Shown: piece after piece, positions 53,601 to 64,000 of the stretch
Position numbering within the stretch: position 1 is the first letter of the stretch
Layout: every line of letters begins with the position of its first letter
From: Hyphomonas sp.
Lineage (GTDB): Bacteria > Pseudomonadota > Alphaproteobacteria > Caulobacterales > Hyphomonadaceae
Direction of reading: 5' to 3'
Assembly: GCA_041398445.1 (NCBI GenBank)
Contig: JAWKUR010000015.1
Coordinates: 16,852-80,851 of the forward strand
Length of the DNA stretch: 64,000 nucleotides
The notes under the pieces: generated by a model
The model's input: only the letters and a program-made list of their open reading frames with translations
Database searches by the model: none
What the model was told of the DNA's origin: nothing
Program-made: the position numbers and the translations under genes

Positions 53601-54890
53601 CGTCGGCGCGCGGTTCAGGAGAACCGGGTGCTCGCGGATAACCTCGTCCAGGATATCCCAGACTTCCGGCTTTTCCTTTTCGACCAGCTTCTTCGCTGCC
53701 TTCACCGTGCCGGCGAGGCCCTTGGCGTCGAGGCGGGCGTAGATGAACGGCTTGAACAGTTCGAGCGCCATCTTCTTCGGCAGGCCGCACTCGTGCAGCT
53801 TGAGGCTCGGGCCGACCACAATGACCGAACGGCCGGAATAGTCGACGCGCTTGCCGAGCAGGTTCTGACGGAAGCGGCCCTGCTTGCCTTTCAGCATGTC
53901 GGAGATCGACTTCAGCGGACGCTTGTTGGTGCCCGTGATCGTGCGGCCACGGCGGCCGTTGTCGAACAAGGCGTCGACAGATTCCTGCAGCATCCGCTTT
54001 TCGTTCCGGATGATGATGTCCGGCGCGCGAAGCTCCATCAGGCGCTTCAGGCGGTTGTTCCGGTTGATCACACGGCGATAGAGGTCGTTGAGGTCAGATG
54101 TCGCGAAACGGCCGCCATCCAGCGGGACCAGCGGGCGCAGGTCTGGCGGGATGACCGGGATGACCGTCAGGATCATCCATTCCGGCTTGGCGCGGGACTG
54201 GAGGAAGGATTCAACGACTTTCAGGCGCTTGGAGACTTTCTTGGTCTTCAGCTCGGACGTCGACTCCTTGAGGTCTTCGCGCAGGGTTTCCGCCAGAGTC
54301 GGCAGGTCCAGCGACATGAGGATCTCGCGGATCGCTTCAGCACCGATCATGGCAGTGAAGGCGTCCTCACCCAGATTGTCCTGGGCGTCCATGTATTCCT
54401 CTTCCGTCAGGAGCTGCTTCGGCTCCAGTTCGGTGAGGCCCGGTTCGATCACGATGTAGCTCTCGAAGTAGAGCACGCGCTCCACGTCCTTCAGCGCCAT
54501 GTCGAGCAGCGCCGCAATCCGGGACGGAAGCGATTTCAGGAACCAGATGTGAGCGACCGGTGCAGCCAGGTCGATGTGGCCCATGCGCTCGCGGCGAACG
54601 CGGGCCAGCGTGACTTCCACGCCGCACTTCTCGCAGGTGATGCCGCGATACTTGATGCGCTTGTATTTGCCGCAAAGGCATTCGTAGTCCTTCTGCGGGC
54701 CGAAGATGCGCGAGCAGAACAGGCCGTCGCGTTCCGGCTTGAAGGTACGATAGTTGATGGTTTCGGGCTTCTTGATTTCGCCCGAGGACCACGACCGGAT
54801 CTTTTCGGGGCTCGCAATCGAGATGCGGATTGCCTCGAAAGTCGGGGCCGGTGTGTTGGGGTTAAAGATGCTGGCGACGTCCTGGCGCAT
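50670..54890 (-). CDS. rpoC: RNA polymerase beta' subunit
   Basis: [14 protein letters not shown]...[12 protein letters not shown]. Confidence 0.99.
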   Translation of the reverse strand: MRQDVASIFNPNTPAPTFEAIRISIASPEKIRSWSSGEIKKPETINYRTFKPERDGLFCSRIFGPQKDYECLCGKYKRIKYRGITCEKCGVEVTLARVRRERMGHIDLAAPVAHIWFLKSLPSRIAALLDMALKDVERVLYFESYIVIEPGLTELEPKQLLTEEEYMDAQDNLGEDAFTAMIGAEAIREILMSLDLPTLAETLREDLKESTSELKTKKVSKRLKVVESFLQSRAKPEWMILTVIPVIPPDLRPLVPLDGGRFATSDLNDLYRRVINRNNRLKRLMELRAPDIIIRNEKRMLQESVDALFDNGRRGRTITGTNKRPLKSISDMLKGKQGRFRQNLLGKRVDYSGRSVIVVGPSLKLHECGLPKKMALELFKPFIYARLDAKGLAGTVKAAKKLVEKEKPEVWDILDEVIREHPVLLNRAPTLHRLGIQAFEPKLIEGKAIQLHPLVCAAFNADFDGDQMAVHVPLSLEAQLEARVLMMSTNNILSPANGKPIIVPSQDIVLGLYYLSLDRDEQVGEGMVFSELAEIEQALDSGFITLHSKIKAMYEGVDEEGNPRRWIIDTTPGRYMVANILPRMKGIQPDLVNTTMTKKTIGKIIDEVYRLCGQKATVIFCDKMMELGFKEACKAGISFGKDDMVIPEAKQKLVDATKEQVSEYERQYADGLITRGEKYNKVVDAWSSCTDKVADAMMDAASKNQAAKGVRKAQVNSIFMMADSGARGSKNQMKQLAGMRGLMAKPSGEIIETPIISNFKEGLTVLEYFNSTHGARKGLADTALKTANSGYLTRRLVDVAQDCIINEDDCGTEKGIDISAVMEGADVVVSISERILGRVTAEDVKSVDGKLVAVSNTYIDEDLADAIEKAGVDVIKARSPLTCETKNGICAQCYGRDLARGTPVNRGEAVGVIAAQSIGEPGTQLTMRTFHIGGAAQVADQSSVEASFEGTVRFRDAEFVTRKDKTIVVVGRRMQVEIVDADGRTRQSFRPAYGTRLMVKDAAKVTPGTLLADWDPFAQPIVSEVSGEVKLVDVIDGVSVREETDEATGISSRVIIDWRSATKAADIKPSVQIVGKDGNPVKLPNGSDAVYLLSVGAILSIADGDKIEAGDTLARVSTGGAKTKDITGGLPRVAELFEARRPKDHAIIAEMDGKVVYGRDYKNKRRVSIVPLEEGREQIDYLVPKGKHLAVQDGDFIKRGEYLMDGNPAPQDILSTLGVEALANYLIDEVQKVYRLQGVPINDKHIEVIVRQMLQKIEVTDPGDTGLITGEHVDLIEFEEANEAVRRSRKKDQQEAKGMPLLLGITKASLQTRSFISAASFQETTRVLTEAAIQGKVDTLEGLKENVIVGRLIPAGTGSGIRAYRRIAADRDQKLKAKRAAAVQKATEEGVALTGLPAPDKASVEE

Positions 54891-55018
54891 TCGGGTCTGC
54901 TCCTTGGGTGGGCTTTTTCCGGGGACTGAAGGGCCCCTGCCCTGGGTAAAATCTCGTTCGGCTCGGAAGGTCCCGCCAGGCCGGTGGCCCGGCGAGGTCT
55001 TCCAGTCAGGTCTTCACG

Positions 55019-59167
<4,149 letters not shown>

Positions 59168-59319
59168 CCCAGGATCCCAATTTTGTCGCCGCGGCCACCT
59201 TGGCCACGACCTTATCGCCAGAACGCGAGTACGCGGCAGCCCCAAATGGAACCGCCGCGCAGGTCTCTAGAAGGGTAGCGCCTCGCGCGAACGCCACCCG
59301 AATGTGAAGCCGCCGGAGC

Positions 59320-59700
59320 TTACTTGAGCTCGACTTTGGCGCCAGCTGCTTCGAACTTCTTCTTGATCTCTTCGGCTTCTGCTTTTGCAGCAGCTTCTTT
59401 GATCGGCTTCGGAGCGCCTTCGACGAGCTCCTTGGCTTCTTTCAGGCCGAGCGACGGAACGATTTCGCGGACCAGTTTGATCACTTCGATCTTCTTGGCG
59501 CCAGCGTCCGTCAGGATCACGTCGAATTCGGTTTTCTCTTCAGCAGCAGCGGCCGGAGCGTCGCCACCGGCAACAGCTGCGACTGCGACCGGAGCAGCGG
59601 CGGAAACGCCCCACTTCTCTTCGAGAAGTTTTGCGAGTTCAGCGGCTTCGAGAACGGTGAGGGCCGACAGGTCGTCGACGAGTTTTTCAAGGTCTGCCAT
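59320..59700 (-). CDS. rplL: 50S ribosomal protein L7/L12
   Basis: [25 protein letters not shown]. Confidence 0.98.
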   Translation of the reverse strand: MADLEKLVDDLSALTVLEAAELAKLLEEKWGVSAAAPVAVAAVAGGDAPAAAAEEKTEFDVILTDAGAKKIEVIKLVREIVPSLGLKEAKELVEGAPKPIKEAAAKAEAEEIKKKFEAAGAKVELK

Positions 59701-59757
59701 TTTGGTAATTCCTGTTTGGTTCGGTTGATTGGGTCTTCAGTTTCCGGAAACGATGGC

Positions 59758-60273
59758 TCAGGCTGCGTCTTTGTTGGCGTAGGCCGAAACCACACGAGCG
59801 AGTTGGCCAGCCGGGGCCTGCACGACGCCAGCGACTTTCGTTGCCGGTGCCTGGATGAGGCCAATGAGCTTGCCACGAAGCTGGTCGAGAGACGGGAGCT
59901 TTGCCAGAGCTTCGACACCTTTGGCATCGAGCACCTGGTCGCCCATCACGCCGCCGATGATCACGAGTTTCGGATTTTGCTTCGAGAACTCGTCAGCCGC
60001 TTTCGCAGCCGCCACCGGATCGGGCGAGAAAGCGATAGCAACCGGGCCCTGGAACATGTCCTTGGCTTCGTCGCCACCCTTACCCTCAAGCGCGATCTGC
60101 GCCAGGGTATTCTTGACCACCTTCAGCTGCGCACCGTCCTTGCGGAGCATGCCACGCAGCTTCGTCATTTCCGCAACAGACAGACCGGTATAGTGGGTCA
60201 CGATGACCGCACCGGACTCTTCGAAAACCCCTTTCAGGGATTCAAGAGCCGCAATTTTTCCAGCTTTATCCAT
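59758..60273 (-). CDS. rplJ: 50S ribosomal protein L10
   Basis: HYTGLSV..M..LR, VVKNTL, LAKLPS. Confidence 0.97.
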   Translation of the reverse strand: MDKAGKIAALESLKGVFEESGAVIVTHYTGLSVAEMTKLRGMLRKDGAQLKVVKNTLAQIALEGKGGDEAKDMFQGPVAIAFSPDPVAAAKAADEFSKQNPKLVIIGGVMGDQVLDAKGVEALAKLPSLDQLRGKLIGLIQAPATKVAGVVQAPAGQLARVVSAYANKDAA

Positions 60274-60429
60274 AGCGGGTCTCCATTGAGGCGCCCGGAC
60301 CATCCGGCCGCCCTGGTAATCGCCTTCTGGCCGGATGGCCTTCCAGCGCCTGCCCAGGGATTGGCCGCTTGCCCCGGTAAGCCAAAAACAGGTCAGCCCT
60401 GTTTTTCCGAACCGAATCAACGCCTCACC

Positions 60430-60490
60430 CCGTCTGCATAGGTGGCCCGGAAGCCGTTATCGCGTATAAATACGTGACCTATGGTCTAGG
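60430..60490 (-). promoter_or_regulatory. L10 leader autoregulatory RNA element
   Basis: Minus strand CCTAGACCATAGG...CCTATGCAGACGG matches the L10-leader kink-turn pattern upstream of rplJ. Confidence 0.75.
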
Positions 60491-60649
60491 ACAGGAAAAC
60501 GGGAGGCCGCCGAATGCACATCGGAGAACTCCCGTCAAGAGCGGGGTGTTAACGCTTTATCCCCAAGCCCGCAACCCCCCTTTGTGAGAAAATGTCAACC
60601 CCGGGCCATTCCGGAGTCCACACATCCGCAACCCTGCCTCCGTCCGGCC

Positions 60650-62647
60650 TCAGAAGCACTCGAAGCCTTGTGTGCCGACAGGGCGGCACCGGTCCGGCCA
60701 GCCATATTCACGCCAGTAGGATGGTAGCTGCAGGTCAGCCATCAGGGCCGCGAAGCCCGGCAAGCGGCGCATGTCCGAATAGACCGGACCCCAAACCCGC
60801 ATTAACCGCAGCCGCGTCCCGCCCAGCTCATGCTGCCAGATAAGCAATGCAAGCTCCGGATCGTCCAGTTGCGCCGCAATCGTCGCCAGGATTTCAAACC
60901 GGTTCGGATGCGTCCCTGCCCCGCTTTCGAATTGCTCCCTGACCGCCTCGCGGGCCGCCGGCTCATCCGGCAGTGCCGCAAGGATGGGCGCGAGCAGCGG
61001 CCGCAGGGATGGATCCGTTTGTATCAGCCGCTCGCAAAGAGCGGCCAGGCTGTCCATAGTCTGCGGGGCCTGCATCTCTATGGTCCAGGCATAGGCATCC
61101 CATCCACCGGCTGGGACCTGCAGCGACCAGTAATGCTCCAGCGCCGCGCCCGCCGCCTCATGCCGCCCCAGTACGGCATATGCCATGGCAAGCGTTGCAG
61201 CGCGGTCAGGGTTCAGCGGATCGGCCGTCTGCCCCCGCTGGGCAATGCTGAGCGCCTCTTCAACCCGGCCCGCGCGCATGAGGAAGATGGTCTGCTCATG
61301 GAGGACACGCAGATTGGGCGACCGCTCCAGCGCAGCCCGGTTGTCCTCGCCCGCCTCCAGCCAGTCATTATCCAGCGCCTGGAAGTTCGCTAAAGCCGTA
61401 TAGGCCTGCGCCAGATCCGGATTGAGGCGGACAGCCTCCTCCGCCATTGCCCTGCCCTGCGCCAGATAGGCCTGCGCCTCAGCCGGCGTCGATGCACTCC
61501 ATGCCTGCGCCCCGATATTGGAGGCAAGCAGAACCCGCGCGGCGCCATAATCCGGGTCGAGCTCAAGCGCCTTTCCAAGAAGGGCAATCAGCTCGCTACG
61601 GTCACCCATGCCAAAGACATCCGCCTCCCTGGCGCTCAGGAAGTAGTTATAGGCCTCCAGATTATCGGTATCGGAGCCCAGGATCCGGTTCGGCTCCTGA
61701 ACGTGCAGCGAAATACTGAGCGCCCCGGCGACATCGGTGGCGAGATCCTTCTGCAGATCGAACAGGCTCTGCGCGCTCAACAGCCTGTCATAGCTGTGTG
61801 ACCAGACCTGATACCCGCTATCGGTATCGATCAGTTCGGCAGACACCTTGATCCGGTCATTCTCAGACCGGATGCTGCCGGTCAGAACATGCGAAACGCG
61901 TAACTTCCGGCCCAATGCCGTGGCATCAAGCCCCTCCGCCGCACTCACTGAAGGCGGCGCGCGCCCGGCGACCTTGAGATCGTCCAGCTGGGTGAGCAGC
62001 GACCGGATCTCCTCCGAAAGGCCGCGGGAGAAATAGTCCTGCTCCGCATTCCCGCTCAAATTCTCAAATGGCAGAACGGCAATCGACTTTTCCGGCACGA
62101 CGACAGCAGAGCTGGACGACCGGCCAATCCAGACCCCAGTGAACAGCATGATGGCCGCCAGCACGACCAGCGCGGAAAAATAACGGACCGGGCTGATCTC
62201 CGCGTCGCGGCGCCAGGGTTCACGCACGAAGGGCGCCGCCGGCTCGGACGGAGTTGCCTCATCCTGTGGACCTGGTGTCGCCCTTTCCTTTTCCACATCG
62301 GAAATCTGCGCTGCCAGCCTGTAGCCTCGCTTCGGAATGGTCTCGATCACGGAGTGGCGGTCGTCACCTGCATTCAGAACACTGCGCAGCAAGGACACAG
62401 CCCGGGTCAGGCTTTCATCGGCGCCATGCTCGACGCCCCAGACCTGGTCGATCAGTTCCTGCCGGGAGATGACCTCTCCCGGCCGTCCGGCCAGGACGCA
62501 CAGCACCTCCATGACCTTCGGCTCAAGCCTGCGGCGCTCTTTTCCATCCGAGATGCTGTTCTGATCCGGCTCGACAATCAGGGTTCCGATCCGGAAATCG
62601 GACCGCTCCCGTTCTGCCTCCATGCCTGATCCGAACGTGTCTGCCAT
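60650..62647 (-). CDS. CadC/ToxR-like protein: winged-helix domain, TM segment, TolB-like domain, TPR repeats
   Basis: LEPKVMEVL...SRQELIDQVW...IETIPKRGYRL; one hydrophobic helix; SIAVLPFENLS...DYFS.GLSEE; TPR-like helices. Confidence 0.88.
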   Translation of the reverse strand: MADTFGSGMEAERERSDFRIGTLIVEPDQNSISDGKERRRLEPKVMEVLCVLAGRPGEVISRQELIDQVWGVEHGADESLTRAVSLLRSVLNAGDDRHSVIETIPKRGYRLAAQISDVEKERATPGPQDEATPSEPAAPFVREPWRRDAEISPVRYFSALVVLAAIMLFTGVWIGRSSSSAVVVPEKSIAVLPFENLSGNAEQDYFSRGLSEEIRSLLTQLDDLKVAGRAPPSVSAAEGLDATALGRKLRVSHVLTGSIRSENDRIKVSAELIDTDSGYQVWSHSYDRLLSAQSLFDLQKDLATDVAGALSISLHVQEPNRILGSDTDNLEAYNYFLSAREADVFGMGDRSELIALLGKALELDPDYGAARVLLASNIGAQAWSASTPAEAQAYLAQGRAMAEEAVRLNPDLAQAYTALANFQALDNDWLEAGEDNRAALERSPNLRVLHEQTIFLMRAGRVEEALSIAQRGQTADPLNPDRAATLAMAYAVLGRHEAAGAALEHYWSLQVPAGGWDAYAWTIEMQAPQTMDSLAALCERLIQTDPSLRPLLAPILAALPDEPAAREAVREQFESGAGTHPNRFEILATIAAQLDDPELALLIWQHELGGTRLRLMRVWGPVYSDMRRLPGFAALMADLQLPSYWREYGWPDRCRPVGTQGFECF

Positions 62648-62871
62648 CTCTGTGTCGCTGCCCGACAATGCTTCTTTGCAAAGGATATCCCAACTGGATT
62701 GGAAAGTCCGAAGCAATCAGGTCAGATTTATCCTTTTGTTTCCAAGGCCTAATGTAAACATCAGGTTTTCCTAAGCCCCACCACAGGACCGAAACACCCG
62801 GTGTGAACGAATGTCATGCGCAATGACCGGGTCAATTGAGACCCCGTCCCTTCCAGATGAGAGGTCCTGAC

Positions 62872-63237
62872 ATGAATTTCCACCGCTTCCGCTTCGCAAT
62901 CGCCGCCATTCCGTTCGCTGTTGCCGGATTCGGCATGACCGCCACCGCACAAACAGGTGATGACGCCACCATCAGCTACAAGCGCGGCGCGACCCCGGCT
63001 GAGACCTACGCCTCGATCGAAAAATCCGCCCACGACTACTGCCGCAGCATTTACGACAACTCCAGCGCCATCGCCGGCATCTGGCCGACGGCTGTTTCCA
63101 ACTGCGCTGCCGAAGTTGTCGATCGTACGGTCACCCAGGTGCAGAGCGCCGAGCTGACCCGCTACCACGTCGCGGTCACCCGTTCGGTCCAGCCGGCCGA
63201 GGATTCCGTGATCATTGTGACGGCCGACAACAACTGA
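62872..63237 (+). CDS. UrcA-family periplasmic protein
   Basis: Signal peptide; Y..IE..A..YC ... C....V...V..V.S..LT two-Cys pattern; GAGG RBS. Confidence 0.7.
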   Translation: MNFHRFRFAIAAIPFAVAGFGMTATAQTGDDATISYKRGATPAETYASIEKSAHDYCRSIYDNSSAIAGIWPTAVSNCAAEVVDRTVTQVQSAELTRYHVAVTRSVQPAEDSVIIVTADNN

Positions 63238-63273
63238 TCCGGCCGCTTCAGATATCCCCTGCCCCAAAAGAAG

Positions 63274-63304
63274 AAGCCCGGCACCGCAAGGCGCCGGGCT
63301 TTTT
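63274..63304. terminator. Bidirectional terminator between the UrcA-like gene and rplA
   Basis: aagcccggc-accgcaaggc-gccgggcttttt. Confidence 0.85.
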
Positions 63305-63330
63305 CTGTTCGGTCGTCTGTCAGCTCAGGC

Positions 63331-64000
63331 TTACTGAGAGATCTCGGACGTATCGATCGTGACGCCAGCGCCCATGGTGGACGACAGCGAGATCTTGCGG
63401 ACGAACGTGCCCTTCGCGCCAGACGGACGAGCCTTCACGAGCGCGTTCAGGAAAGCCTTGATGTTGCTTTCAATGTCGCCTTCGGAGAAGGAAGCCTTGC
63501 CGACGCCAGCATGAACAATACCGGCTTTTTCCACGCGGAACTCGACCGAGCCGGATTTCGCGTCTTTGACAGCCTGAGCAACGTTCGGGGTCACGGTGCC
63601 GACTTTCGGGTTCGGCATCAGGCCGCGCGGGCCCAGCACCTTACCGAGACGGCCGACAACGGCCATCATGTCCGGCGATGCGATGACACGGTCGAAGTCC
63701 ATGAAGCCGCCCTGGATTTTCTCCATCAGGTCTTCAGCGCCGACGATGTCAGCACCGGCAGCCGTGGCTTCTTCTGCCTTCTTGTCCTTCGCGAACACGG
63801 CGACGCGGACGTCTTTGCCCGTGCCGGCCGGCAGGTTGACCACGCCGCGGACCATCTGGTCAGCGTATTTCGGGTCAACGCCGAGGTTCACGGCGATCTC
63901 GACGGTTTCGTCGAACTTTGCCTTGGCGTTCGACTTCACCAGCGCCACAGCGTCAGCGACGGTGTAGGCTTTGTTCTTGTCGACGGTTTCTGCAATTGCG
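63331..64000 (-). CDS. rplA: 50S ribosomal protein L1, 5'-truncated by window edge
   Basis: [26 protein letters not shown]. Confidence 0.98.
   Translation of the reverse strand, partial: AIAETVDKNKAYTVADAVALVKSNAKAKFDETVEIAVNLGVDPKYADQMVRGVVNLPAGTGKDVRVAVFAKDKKAEEATAAGADIVGAEDLMEKIQGGFMDFDRVIASPDMMAVVGRLGKVLGPRGLMPNPKVGTVTPNVAQAVKDAKSGSVEFRVEKAGIVHAGVGKASFSEGDIESNIKAFLNALVKARPSGAKGTFVRKISLSSTMGAGVTIDTSEISQ

Noticed and set aside
60274-60420. N-terminal extensions in the ORF track for rplJ (also rpoB, rpsJ, rplO, rplR, rpsN, rplE, rplX and others)
   Set aside because: Homology and RBS positions support downstream starts; the extensions overlap leaders or neighbouring genes.

Overview
GC-rich alphaproteobacterial chromosome segment. 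Gene content, ribosomal protein sequences and a UrcA-type gene suggest Caulobacterales/Hyphomonadaceae; this is inference, not a database result. The left half (1-28.3 kb) holds housekeeping and accessory genes: trmFO, Fe-SOD, a DEAD-box helicase, fatty-acid/aromatic catabolic enzymes, peptidases, a TonB-dependent receptor and transporters. The right half (31.4-64 kb, minus strand) is the near-contiguous translation/transcription cluster rplA-rplJL-rpoBC-str-S10-spc-alpha, interrupted by a CadC-like sensor plus UrcA-like gene pair. The most notable region lies directly downstream of rplQ. It is an RNA-repair module of rtcB plus a PcfJ-like gene, with no rtcA, rtcR or sigma54 site nearby. Each gene has its own ribosomal-type sigma70 promoter and a long leader containing a short uORF with rare Arg codons. 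The rtcB leader has full 1:2/2:3/3:4 attenuator architecture and a hairpin-bridged Shine-Dalgarno, suggesting ribosome-stalling-controlled RNA repair. An orphan TNT/ADP-ribosyltransferase-like gene also follows trmFO. No tRNA, rRNA, CRISPR array or transposase was seen.
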